64,000 bases of DNA from an uncultured Solirubrobacterales bacterium. GTDB lineage: Bacteria; Actinomycetota; Thermoleophilia; Solirubrobacterales; Solirubrobacteraceae. This document shows positions 8,747 to 17,609 of this stretch, in pieces (the stretch's first letter is position 1; every line of letters begins with the position of its first letter). The position numbers and the translations under genes were made by a program. The notes below the pieces were generated by a model. It saw nothing but the letters and a program-made list of their open reading frames with translations. It did no database searches and was not told where the DNA came from. The DNA lies in contig CAVVCP010000023.1 in assembly GCA_963746695.1 (NCBI GenBank), positions 37,413 to 101,412 of the forward strand. The letters run 5' to 3'.

Positions 8747-9922
8747 TCACCCGAGCGGGTCCAGATCCCGAAGGTATGCCTGGAACAGAGGGTCAACTAT
8801 CCGCCAGTCGGCCCTTGCCACATGCTCGAGGATGCCGGCGCGCAGCAGCAGCTTCAGCACTCGGTCCCGGATCGCCGGGGGCAGTCGCCTCGGGACGGGA
8901 TCGCCTTTGGCCAGGGCGCGAGCGATCTGGAGTGCGTTCTTGTGAAGCCTCCTGATGTGCTCGACAGTCTGCTCCATGGTCGGAAGGTCGCTGTCGAGCG
9001 CGGCGTCGTAGCCCAGCTGCACCACGTCGAGATCGATATCGCGGCGATCGAGTTGGACGGAGACGAGATGGGTTTGCTGTGCAATCCGCATCGTCGCGCG
9101 TGGATGTTGTGCTCCGAGCTCCACGATTCGCGCAAGCGCCGGCGGGTCGATCGTGCAGTCGTCTGCCGAGAAGCGCTCGAACAATCCTCGAGACCAGTCA
9201 TCGGGTGCGATCGGATGCAGCCGGTGGAAGCTCCCAAAGCCGCTGAACGCTCGATGTCCCGGTGCAAACAGATCGCGCATCACGTGCTCGAGGCTGCCAG
9301 CGAACAGGAAGCTGACACTGGGACTTCGCTGGAACGCGGCTCGCATCCGCTTGGTGACGAGGTCGGGATCACCATAGGGGCGGCGCTCGCTCCCGAGCTC
9401 CTGAAACTCATCAAAAAACAGGACGAGCCGGCGTCCGTCCGCGCGGGCGGCTCGTTCGGGCAGGTCCAGGGCCAGGTCGAGTGCGCGGGCAGGATCCTGG
9501 GCGGCCCAACCCGGGGTGATCGCGAGCTCCACTCCGTCGCCGAGCTCGCCCTTGAGCTTGAGTATGGCGGCGGCTTGTGTCGCGCTCAGGGCGGCACGAC
9601 CCAGGTCCCTGGCTCGGCGCACGATGCGCCGAATCGGAGAGCGATTGGCGATCACCGCGACGGCCAGCGCCTCTGCCAACTCGGCGGCGTCCGAGATCCG
9701 GAACAGGTCCAGCCGAGCTGTGTAGCAGCCGCTGCGCTCGACGCGGCCGAGCGCAGCGTCGCACACGCTCGTCTTGCCGGTCCGCCGAGGTCCCGCGAGG
9801 ATCAGGTTTGTCCCGTTCGCGAGCGCTGTTGCAACCTCCCGGACATCGTCGGCTCGACCGATCAGTTGACTCGCTGGAATCGGAACGTCGGATGGAAACA
9901 GGTCACCACTGGCTTGCCGCAT
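8747..9922 (-). CDS. Orphan AAA+ ATP-binding protein (Orc1/Cdc6-like Arch_ATPase/DUF234-type) with C-terminal winged-helix-like region
   Basis: Walker A GPRRTGKTS, Walker B LVLFFDEFQEL. C-terminal ...ALQIARALAKGDPVPRRLPPAIRDRVLKLLLRAGILEH. Visibly lower GC than neighbours and AT-rich flanks. Confidence 0.75.
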   Translation of the reverse strand: MRQASGDLFPSDVPIPASQLIGRADDVREVATALANGTNLILAGPRRTGKTSVCDAALGRVERSGCYTARLDLFRISDAAELAEALAVAVIANRSPIRRIVRRARDLGRAALSATQAAAILKLKGELGDGVELAITPGWAAQDPARALDLALDLPERAARADGRRLVLFFDEFQELGSERRPYGDPDLVTKRMRAAFQRSPSVSFLFAGSLEHVMRDLFAPGHRAFSGFGSFHRLHPIAPDDWSRGLFERFSADDCTIDPPALARIVELGAQHPRATMRIAQQTHLVSVQLDRRDIDLDVVQLGYDAALDSDLPTMEQTVEHIRRLHKNALQIARALAKGDPVPRRLPPAIRDRVLKLLLRAGILEHVARADWRIVDPLFQAYLRDLDPLG

Positions 9923-9940
9923 TCGCGGATCATATCATTC

Positions 9941-9980
9941 TTACACAGTTTATGTGTAATTTTTACACAAATTGTGATAA
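9941..9980 (+). repeat. Right copy of paired TTACACA repeat, including perfect inverted repeat TTACACA-N5-TGTGTAA
   Basis: TTACACA at 9941-9947 and 9963-9969 (22-nt spacing). TGTGTAA at 9953-9959. AATTGTGATAA follows the second copy. Lies in the divergent promoter between the ATPase gene and the 79-aa gene. Confidence 0.6.
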
Positions 9981-9987
9981 TCCTTCG

Positions 9988-10227
9988 ATGAGCGGGCCGC
10001 GCCGGCTGTCCGTTCCCCGCCGGGTGGCGGTCAGCGCCGAGGAGGGTCGGCCGCTGATCGTCGACGGCCGGGAGGTCGACTCGGTGCGGGAGTCGTGGCT
10101 GGTGGAAGACCGCTGGTGGACCGATCGGCCGGTTCGCCGGCACTACTGGGAGGTGGTCACGACTTGCGGCCGGGATGAGGTCGTGTTCTGCGACCTCGAG
10201 AAGGGGAGGTGGTGGCGGCAGCGCTGA
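9988..10227 (+). CDS. Small Trp/Arg-rich conserved-looking protein (79 aa), unknown function
   Basis: ATG at 9988, in frame with tracked ORF 9577..10227. Sequence ...RESWLVEDRWWTDRPVRRHYWEVV...GRWWRQR. Codon usage looks like host genes. Confidence 0.55.
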   Translation: MSGPRRLSVPRRVAVSAEEGRPLIVDGREVDSVRESWLVEDRWWTDRPVRRHYWEVVTTCGRDEVVFCDLEKGRWWRQR

Positions 10228-10245
10228 GCCTAAACTCAAAACTTC

Positions 10246-11421
10246 ATGGCTGATCTGGCCGGCACCCCGTTCGATCCCGGTTCCGGGGCGCTCGACCCTG
10301 GTCCCGCGGCCGTGGGCACGTGGAGCGGCGGGCGGTTCATGCACTTCGGCGAGCCGCTCGACGACGAGCGCTTCATCGCGCTGATCACCCCGGATGAGTC
10401 GATCCGAACGGTGATGACGGCTGACGTGTACGGCGCCGGCGAGGCGGACCGGATGCTCGGCCGCGCGATCGAGGGCCGGACGCGGAGCGAGATGTGCGTC
10501 GTCGGAGCCGTGGGCCACGATTTCTACGAGGGCGAGCGAGACGGCCCCAGGGGATTCCCGCGGTTCACCGATCCCGGCCTGCGCGACGCGTCGGGTTACG
10601 CGGACTACCTGCGGATGGCGACCGAACGCAGCCTCGAGCGGTGCGGGATCGACAGCTTCGACCTGCTGCTGCTGCACAACCCCGACCGCACCGGCTACAC
10701 GAGCGAGGTCGTGTGGGAAGGGATGGCAGGGCTGCGCGAGGCCGGGCTGACGCGGCTGATCGGGGTGGCGCCCGGGCCGGCCAACGGCTTCACGCTCGAC
10801 CTGATCGACTGCCTGGAGCGGTTCGGCGCGCTGCTCGACTGGGCGATGATCATCCTCAACCCGCTCGAGCCGTGGCCGGGAGAGCTGTGCCTCGACGCCG
10901 CCGCGGCCGCCGGGGTGAAGGTGATCACCCGCGTGGTCGACTACGGCGGCCTGTTCTTCGACGACCTCGTCCCGGGTCAGGAGCTGGCGCGCCAGGACCA
11001 CCGGAGCTTCCGGCCCGCGGGATGGATCGAGCTGGGGCGGGAGCGGCTCGAGCGGATGCGCCCGGTGGCCGAGCGGACCGGTCTGACGATGATCCAGCTC
11101 GCGTGTCAGTGGAACATGGCGCACGCGCCGGTCGCGTGCGTGGTGCCGACGCTGATCCAGGAGAGGGGTCCCGGCGCGCGGCCGGTCGAGAGCAAGCGGG
11201 CCGAGCTCGCCGCGTTGCCGGCGCAAGTGCGGCTGACCGCCGCGGACGTCGACGAGATCCGGTCGATCGGCGACAACACCGGCTGCATGGCGCTCAAGGG
11301 CGCGAGCCCCGAGCACTCCGGCGACGAGCGCCCGGATCGCTGGGACCTCGACGATCGCCTGGCGGCGGTCGCCCAGCGGTGGGGGATCGCGCCGGAGCGC
11401 CAGCTGGTCAAGGTGCCGTAG
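10246..11421 (+). CDS. Aldo/keto reductase family oxidoreductase
   Basis: DVYGAGEADRMLGRAI, LLLLHNPD, and the C-terminal IPGxx-like region are typical of AKRs. Confidence 0.8.
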   Translation: MADLAGTPFDPGSGALDPGPAAVGTWSGGRFMHFGEPLDDERFIALITPDESIRTVMTADVYGAGEADRMLGRAIEGRTRSEMCVVGAVGHDFYEGERDGPRGFPRFTDPGLRDASGYADYLRMATERSLERCGIDSFDLLLLHNPDRTGYTSEVVWEGMAGLREAGLTRLIGVAPGPANGFTLDLIDCLERFGALLDWAMIILNPLEPWPGELCLDAAAAAGVKVITRVVDYGGLFFDDLVPGQELARQDHRSFRPAGWIELGRERLERMRPVAERTGLTMIQLACQWNMAHAPVACVVPTLIQERGPGARPVESKRAELAALPAQVRLTAADVDEIRSIGDNTGCMALKGASPEHSGDERPDRWDLDDRLAAVAQRWGIAPERQLVKVP

Positions 11422-11431
11422 GCTGGAATAG

Positions 11432-11848
11432 ATGGCGACGAACTTCCGGCTCACGGGCGCATGTGGTTGCGGTGCGGTCCGCTTCGAGGTCACCGCTCCG
11501 CCGGTCTCAGCCCAGTACTGCCACTGCACGCGCTGCCAGCGCCGGACCGGCACCGGCGCGTCGGCGAGCGCGAGCCTCGAGGCCGGCTCGTTCCAGATCC
11601 TCACCGGTGAGGAGCGGCTGCGGGCGTGGAAGCCCGAGGGCGGCGCGGAGAAGTGGTTCTGCGGCGACTGCGGGTCGGCGCTGTTCAGCCGCAATTCCGA
11701 GGGCGGCGTCGGCGTCCGCCTCGGCGCGTTCGACGAGGACCCGGGCGTCCGGCCGGCCGCGCACCAGTTCGTGGCCTACGCGGCGGTGTGGGAACCGATC
11801 CCCGAGGACGGCCTGCCGCGCTACCCCGAGCGCCGCGTCGCTGACTGA
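11432..11848 (+). CDS. GFA (glutathione-dependent formaldehyde-activating / CENP-V) family protein
   Basis: CGCGAVRF ... CHCTRCQRRTG ... FCGDCGSALF zinc-cysteine pattern. Confidence 0.85.
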   Translation: MATNFRLTGACGCGAVRFEVTAPPVSAQYCHCTRCQRRTGTGASASASLEAGSFQILTGEERLRAWKPEGGAEKWFCGDCGSALFSRNSEGGVGVRLGAFDEDPGVRPAAHQFVAYAAVWEPIPEDGLPRYPERRVAD

Positions 11849-11858
11849 GCGATAGCTG

Positions 11859-12461
11859 CTAGCCAGCGTCCGGCTGCTCGGCGCGCACCCACTCGCAGCC
11901 GACCGACAGGTCCTCGACTCCCATCGCGGCGGCGACGTTCAGCCACATGCCGTACCGGAAGAACTCGTCGATTTGCTCGGAATCGGCGTCGGCCAGCCCC
12001 TGCACGTGGACGACGAGTCGCGCGTAACACGCTCGTACGCGATCGCGGATGACCTCGTCGTCGCACGCGGCGTAGGCCTGGAGCTGGAGCATGAGGTAGT
12101 CGTGATCGGTGGACAGCAGTTCGACATAAGCGTTGCCCATCGCCTTCAGCACGTCGACGTCAGGCGGGGCCGTGGCCGGGTCAAACTCCGACGCCACTTG
12201 GGTGAACAGGCCGGCCACCCTGTCGAAGCACCGCTCGACGGCGGCGATGAACAGCTCGCGCTTGTTGGCGAACAGGCTGAACACGTACGGCTGAGCGACC
12301 CCGACGCGCCGCGCGATCCGGTCCACCGGGGTGCCGTGGAGGCCGCCGCGGGCGAACTCGTGAACCGCCGCCTGAATCAGCGCGTCCCGGCGCTCTGCAG
12401 CCGGGACGCGCTGACGGGGTGACTTGTCTGGTGTCGCCGGAGTGGTTGCCATGACCGTCAA
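11859..12461 (-). CDS. TetR/AcrR family transcriptional regulator
   Basis: N-terminal HTH RRDALIQAAVHEFARGGLHGTPVDRIARRVGVAQPYVFSLFANKRELF. Sits immediately downstream of the MFS gene. Confidence 0.9.
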   Translation of the reverse strand: MTVMATTPATPDKSPRQRVPAAERRDALIQAAVHEFARGGLHGTPVDRIARRVGVAQPYVFSLFANKRELFIAAVERCFDRVAGLFTQVASEFDPATAPPDVDVLKAMGNAYVELLSTDHDYLMLQLQAYAACDDEVIRDRVRACYARLVVHVQGLADADSEQIDEFFRYGMWLNVAAAMGVEDLSVGCEWVRAEQPDAG

Positions 12462-12473
12462 GATAGGGCAGCG

Positions 12474-13931
12474 TCAGGCTGTCAGCTCGGCGAGCTCGCC
12501 CGGGTATCCGTCGGCGGCCGTATTCGCGGTCTCCGCAGCTTGCGCGCCAGCCGACGCACGCGTGCTGAACGGGAACGCCGCGGCGATCAGGGCGCCGGCC
12601 GCGACCACTGCCGCGCCCACCCACAGTGCCGGCGCCATGCCGCTCACGTAGGCCGCGGGGGAGGCGTAGCTGCCGTGGCTCGTGAACACCGTCGAAAGCA
12701 GGGCGATTCCGAGCACGCCGCCGAGCTCGCGGATCGCGTTCGTGGCTCCCGATGCCTGCCCGGTCTGCGAGGTGCGGACCGACGCCAGCACCGCGTTCGC
12801 GGACGGCGCGAATACGAGCGCCATGCCGGTGCCGGCGAGCACGAACGGGATCACCAGGCTGGCGTACGTGGTGTCGACGGCGGCCAGCGTGGCCATCCAC
12901 CCGAGCGCGATCGCCTGCAGGCCGAGCCCGGCGACCATGAACGGCCGGCTGCCGTACCGCTCGGACATGAATCCGGCGAGCGGCGAGACGACGAGCACCG
13001 CCCCGGTCCAGGCCAGGAGCTTGACCCCGGCCTGCAGCGGCGAGTTGTGGAGCACGTTCTGCATGAACTGGGCCAGGAAGAAGATCGACCCGAACATCCC
13101 GAAGTACATCGCGAGCGACACCGCGTTGGTCACGGCGAACCCGCGGTTGGAGAAGAACTCCATCGGCAGCATCGGCTCGGCTGTGCGCAACTCGTGCCGG
13201 ATGAAGGCCAGCACCAGCAGTGCGCCCGCGGCCAGGCTGATCACGACCTCCGGGCTGCCCCAGCCGACCGACTGCGAGCGCACGAGCCCGAACACGATTC
13301 CGAACAGACCGGTCGAGGCGAGTCCGAGGCCGGCGAGATCGAGCCGTTTGACCTCTCCGCGGCTCTCGGTCAGGCGCGAGGCGGCGAGCGGGATCAGCGC
13401 CAGCCCGATCGGGACGTTGACCCAGAAAATCCAGTGCCACGAGGCGACCTCGGTCAGGGCGCCGCCGACGAGCGGGCCGAGCGCGACGCCGATGCCGCTG
13501 ATCCCCGACCACACTCCGAGCGCGAGTCCGCGCTGCTCGGCCGGGTACGCCTCGGCGAGCAGCGTCAGCGTCAGCGGGGTGACGATCGCCGCGCCGGCGC
13601 CCTGCACGGCCCGCGCCGCAATCAGGAAGGCGATCGAGGGGGACAGCGCCGCCGCCGCCGAGCCCGCGGTGAACACCGCGATGCCGGCGATGAACATGCG
13701 CTTGCGCCCGAGTCGGTCGCCGAGCGCCGCGCCGGTCAGCAGTAGGACCGCGTAGGCGAGCACGTACGCGTTCACGGTCCACTCGAGGGTCTGGATCGAG
13801 GCTCCAAGATCCCGGCGGATGCTCGGCAGCGCGACGTTCACGACCAGGTTGTCGAGAACCATCATGAACAGCCCGATCGACACGATCGCCAGGGTCCAAC
13901 CCCGGTGCGTCCTACTCGTTAGTCCTGACAT
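12474..13931 (-). CDS. MFS transporter, DHA2 (EmrB/QacA, 14-TMS) family
   Basis: LFMMVLDNLVVNVALPSIRRDLG ... GALGDRLGRKRMF motifs. Polytopic hydrophobic profile. Confidence 0.9.
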   Translation of the reverse strand: MSGLTSRTHRGWTLAIVSIGLFMMVLDNLVVNVALPSIRRDLGASIQTLEWTVNAYVLAYAVLLLTGAALGDRLGRKRMFIAGIAVFTAGSAAAALSPSIAFLIAARAVQGAGAAIVTPLTLTLLAEAYPAEQRGLALGVWSGISGIGVALGPLVGGALTEVASWHWIFWVNVPIGLALIPLAASRLTESRGEVKRLDLAGLGLASTGLFGIVFGLVRSQSVGWGSPEVVISLAAGALLVLAFIRHELRTAEPMLPMEFFSNRGFAVTNAVSLAMYFGMFGSIFFLAQFMQNVLHNSPLQAGVKLLAWTGAVLVVSPLAGFMSERYGSRPFMVAGLGLQAIALGWMATLAAVDTTYASLVIPFVLAGTGMALVFAPSANAVLASVRTSQTGQASGATNAIRELGGVLGIALLSTVFTSHGSYASPAAYVSGMAPALWVGAAVVAAGALIAAAFPFSTRASAGAQAAETANTAADGYPGELAELTA

Positions 13932-13947
13932 ACCCGCCTCCTACTGC

Positions 13948-13987
13948 TTAGTGAGTGCTAACTAGACAGAAGATTAGCAGCGACTAA
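13948..13987. promoter_or_regulatory. Two TTAG-N6-CTAA imperfect palindromes upstream of the MFS-TetR operon (candidate TetR operators)
   Basis: TTAGTGAGTGCTAA at 13948-13961 and TTAGCAGCGACTAA at 13974-13987, 17-56 nt upstream of the MFS start in an AT-rich divergent intergenic region. Confidence 0.4.
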
Positions 13988-14023
13988 TAACTTGTCAAGA
14001 CCCGAACCGAATTCGGGCGCTTT

Positions 14024-16261
14024 ATGCTCGTTCTACGGCCAGCGGGGTATCCGTGTGGGTTGGTGAGCAGGGAACCAGCCAAACAATCACGACCGTCGCC
14101 CGACCGCTCGACCGCGGCACGGGACCGTGCGCCCAGGGCGACCCGCCGGGTCGAGCTGACGCATTGGGGCGGACTCGACGGCCTCCGCGGGATCGCGGTG
14201 GCCGCGGTTCTGCTGTACCACGGCGGCGTCACATGGGCGCCGGGCGGGTTCCTCGGGGTCGAGGTGTTCTTCGTCCTCTCCGGCTTCTTGATCACCTCGC
14301 TGCTGCTCGCCGAGTGGAGCCGATCGGCGGCGATCTCGCTCGGTGCCTTCTGGATGAGGCGCGCGCGGCGGCTGCTGCCGGCGCTGTTCTGCCTGGTCGC
14401 GGTGATCGGCCTCTACTACGCCGCGGCCGGGTCCTCGCAGGCCATCCCCGGTCTCAAGGGCGACGGGATCTCGGCGCTGACCTACTACAGCAACTGGCAC
14501 CAGATCGCCGCCGGCACGAGCTACTTCGCGGCCAGCGGGCCGGTGTCGCCGCTCGAGCACACATGGTCGCTGGCGATCGAGGAGCAGTTCTACCTGTGCT
14601 GGCCGATCCTGGTCGGCGGCGTGCTGTGGCTCGCGAGCCGCGGCAGGTCGCGCTCTGACCGGCGCCCGCTGCTGGTGCTGCTCGGCCTGAGCGTGGCCGG
14701 TGTGGTCGCGTCGGCAATCGACACCGCCCTGCTGTTCGACGGTGGCAAGAACCTCGACCGGGTCTACTACGGGACCGACACGCGCGCGGCCAGCCTGCTC
14801 GTCGGCGCCTCGCTTGCGATTGGCCTCGCGGTCTTGCGGGCGGGAGCGGCCGGTGGCGCGGGGGCGGGCGCGGCACGCTGGTGGCGGCCGGCGCCGGGCT
14901 CGCCGCGGGCTCGGGCGTTTGGCCTGGGCGCCGCGGTCGCGCTTGCCGGCGTGCTCGCGGCGACCGCGTTCGTCAACGGCTCTGACGGATGGCTGTACCC
15001 GTACGGGCTGCTCGGCCTCGACCTCGCCGTCGTCACGCTGATCGTGGCCGCGGTCGCGTTCCCGGCCTCGCTCGCGGCGCGGGTGATCGCGGTCCGGCCG
15101 CTGCGTGCGCTCGGGAAGATCTCCTATGGGCTGTATCTCTGGCACTTCCCGCTGTTCCTGTGGCTGACCGTCTCGTCGGTCGGGGTCGGCGGGACCGAGT
15201 TGCTGCTCGTCCGACTCACGGCCACCGTCGCGATCAGCGTCGCGTCGTTCTTCCTGATCGAGCAGCCGATCCGCCAGCGCAGGCGGCCGACCTGGCTGAT
15301 CCGGGCGCTCACGCCGCTGGCGGCGGGCGGCGCCGTGGCCGCGCTGCTTCTGGCGTCGGCAGCGGATCAGCTGCCGGTCGGCGTGCCCGCGGCGGCGACG
15401 CTGCCCAAGCCCCCTCCGGGGCTCGCCGGCAAGGATCCAGCGTGCACGATCACGCTGAAGGACGCTCCGCAGTACGGGCTGGCGCCGCCGCCGACGAGCA
15501 AGGAGACGACATTCGAGTACAACGCGCTCGGCTACCACCAGCTGCGCTGGAGCGGCACCGCGCAGAAGACGTTCCAGACCTGCCCGCCCAAGAGCGTGCT
15601 GATGGTCGGCGACTCGATGGCGTTCACACTCGGCCTGCCGTGGCTCGAGGACGAGCAGAAGTACGGGATCCAGCTCGCGGACGCCGCGCTGCTCGGCTGC
15701 GCGTTCACGACGGCCGAGGGCGAGCTCGACGTCGACGGCACCTGGACGGCCCAGTCGACCGACTGCATGAACGAGGTGGCGCTGTGGGAGAGGGAGAAAC
15801 AGCAGCTGCACGCCAAGGCGGTCGTGGTCGAGCTCGGCTACCGCGATCAGTTCGACTGGAAGATCAACGGCAAGGTCGTCCATCTCGGCCAGCCGGCATT
15901 CGACGCGTACGTCCGCAAGCAGATCGACCAGTTCGTCCGGGTCCTCGGCGCCGGCGGGACCAAGATCCTGTTCCTGTCTGTCCCCTACACGAGCCCGCCG
16001 AACAATCCTGACGGTTCGCCGGCGCCCGCCGCCGACCCAGCGCGGCATCAGCTGATCAACCAGATGCTGCAGGAGGCCGCGCGCGAGCACCCCTCGAACG
16101 TCCAGGTGCTCGACCTCGACCAGACCGTCTCGCCGGGCGACCACTACAACGCGACCGTCAACGGCCAGCGCTGCCGGTTCGACGGCGTCCACTTCAGCCT
16201 GTACTGCGCCGAGCTCGTCGAGCCGCAGGTGCTCGGCGAGGTCCGCAAGACGCTCGGCTGA
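14024..16261 (+). CDS. Acyltransferase-3 (OafA-like) membrane protein with C-terminal SGNH hydrolase domain
   Basis: LDGLRGIAVAAVLLYHGG...GVEVFFVLSGFLITS (acyltransferase 3). About 10 TM segments. C-terminal MVGDSMAF ... DGVHFS (SGNH blocks). The exact start is uncertain. Confidence 0.85.
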   Translation: MLVLRPAGYPCGLVSREPAKQSRPSPDRSTAARDRAPRATRRVELTHWGGLDGLRGIAVAAVLLYHGGVTWAPGGFLGVEVFFVLSGFLITSLLLAEWSRSAAISLGAFWMRRARRLLPALFCLVAVIGLYYAAAGSSQAIPGLKGDGISALTYYSNWHQIAAGTSYFAASGPVSPLEHTWSLAIEEQFYLCWPILVGGVLWLASRGRSRSDRRPLLVLLGLSVAGVVASAIDTALLFDGGKNLDRVYYGTDTRAASLLVGASLAIGLAVLRAGAAGGAGAGAARWWRPAPGSPRARAFGLGAAVALAGVLAATAFVNGSDGWLYPYGLLGLDLAVVTLIVAAVAFPASLAARVIAVRPLRALGKISYGLYLWHFPLFLWLTVSSVGVGGTELLLVRLTATVAISVASFFLIEQPIRQRRRPTWLIRALTPLAAGGAVAALLLASAADQLPVGVPAAATLPKPPPGLAGKDPACTITLKDAPQYGLAPPPTSKETTFEYNALGYHQLRWSGTAQKTFQTCPPKSVLMVGDSMAFTLGLPWLEDEQKYGIQLADAALLGCAFTTAEGELDVDGTWTAQSTDCMNEVALWEREKQQLHAKAVVVELGYRDQFDWKINGKVVHLGQPAFDAYVRKQIDQFVRVLGAGGTKILFLSVPYTSPPNNPDGSPAPAADPARHQLINQMLQEAAREHPSNVQVLDLDQTVSPGDHYNATVNGQRCRFDGVHFSLYCAELVEPQVLGEVRKTLG

Positions 16262-16331
16262 CCGGTCGGCAACATAGTCAGCTAACGGATCCCTAAGGTG
16301 ATCGGCTGACCGCGCCGTTACTTTCCCCGAA

Positions 16332-17609
16332 GTGCGTCGCTACCTGTGGGCACCCCTGGCGCTGTTCCTGCTCCTGCTGCTGAGGCTCGGTGGCGGGTTG
16401 CTCGACCCCGACAGCCCGGCCTCGGCGACACCGGTTCCGGTCCCGGCGGGCAGCCACTGGATCGCCACCTGGGGGGCGGCGCCGCAGGCCGCCACCGGCG
16501 GCAACCTGTCGCGCGCCGGGTTCCGCGACGCCACGATCCGGGAGATCGTGTTCACGAGCGCGGGCGGGGTCCGGGTCAGGGTGCGGCTGACGAACGCGTT
16601 CGGAAGCGCGCCGCTGCGGATCGGGCGGGCGACGATCGCGCTCGCGGGAAGCGGGCCGAGGATCGTCGGCGGGACCTCGCGCGCGCTGTACTTCGGCGGC
16701 CGCCGGTCCGTGGTGATCCCGCCCGGGGCCGAGGCGACGAGCGAGCCGGCGACGCTCAGGGTGCCCGCAGCGACGCACCTGGCGATCAGCCTGTTCTTGC
16801 CGGACGCGACGGGTCCCGCGACCCAGCACGCCGACGCCCAGCAGGTCAGCTATGTCGCGACCGGCGCTCACGCCACCGGTTCGAGCCGGGCGTTCCGGAC
16901 CGAAACGCGATCCTGGTATTTCCTCGACGGCGTCGATGTGCTCGGTGCCCGGCGGGCGCTCGGATCGGTTGTGGCGCTCGGTGACTCGATCACCGACGGG
17001 GTCGGCTCGCCGCTCGACAAGAACGAGCGGTGGCCGAACGACCTCGCCACCCGGCTGAACGACCTGTCGGGAGCGACGCTGGCCGTCGTCGACGAGGGCA
17101 TCGGCGGCAACCGAGTGCTGAACAACGCGCTGTGCTGCGGGGTCAACGCGATCGCCCGGTTCGAGCGCGACGTGCGCGACCAGACCGGCGCCCGGGACGT
17201 GATCCTGCTCGAGGGGATCAACGACATCGGCTACAGCCAGAACCACGGTCCGCTGACCGCGCCGCACACCCGGGTCTCCGCGCTGCAGATCGTCGAGGGC
17301 TACGAGCGGATCATCGCGCTCGCGCACACGGCCGGCCTGAAGATCTTCGGCGCGACGCTGACGCCGTTCGAGGGCGCGCGCTACTGGACGCCGGGCGGCG
17401 AGGCCAAGCGCGAGGCGGTCAACAACTGGATCCGCACCAGCGGGGCGTTCGACGGCGTGATCGATTTCGCCGCCGCGGTCGCAGATCCGGGTGACCCCGA
17501 AAGGCTCAACCCCGCCGACGACAGCGGCGATCACCTGCATCCGAACGCTCGCGGCTACAAGGCGATGGCGGCGGCGATCGACCTCGCGAAGCTCCTGGCC
17601 GCGGGCTAA
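16332..17609 (+). CDS. Secreted SGNH/GDSL hydrolase family protein
   Basis: Signal peptide MRRYLWAPLALFLLLLL. VVALGDSITDG, GINDIG, DHLHPN blocks. Confidence 0.85.
   Translation: MRRYLWAPLALFLLLLLRLGGGLLDPDSPASATPVPVPAGSHWIATWGAAPQAATGGNLSRAGFRDATIREIVFTSAGGVRVRVRLTNAFGSAPLRIGRATIALAGSGPRIVGGTSRALYFGGRRSVVIPPGAEATSEPATLRVPAATHLAISLFLPDATGPATQHADAQQVSYVATGAHATGSSRAFRTETRSWYFLDGVDVLGARRALGSVVALGDSITDGVGSPLDKNERWPNDLATRLNDLSGATLAVVDEGIGGNRVLNNALCCGVNAIARFERDVRDQTGARDVILLEGINDIGYSQNHGPLTAPHTRVSALQIVEGYERIIALAHTAGLKIFGATLTPFEGARYWTPGGEAKREAVNNWIRTSGAFDGVIDFAAAVADPGDPERLNPADDSGDHLHPNARGYKAMAAAIDLAKLLAAG

Noticed and set aside
8747-9922. The AAA+ ATPase as the missing ImuA/ImuA' partner of ImuB.
   Set aside because: It is on the opposite strand with its own AT-rich promoter and no LexA box. 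Its Orc1/Cdc6-like Walker A/B plus winged-helix layout differs from the RecA/SulA-like ImuA fold. The idea is kept only as a remote possibility within the cassette finding.
8621-9987. Calling the ATPase cassette a mobile element (IS, integron cassette or prophage remnant).
   Set aside because: No transposase, integrase, inverted terminal repeats or attC-like structure could be recognised. There are only direct repeats, so it is reported as a repeat-flanked cassette and not annotated as a mobile_element.
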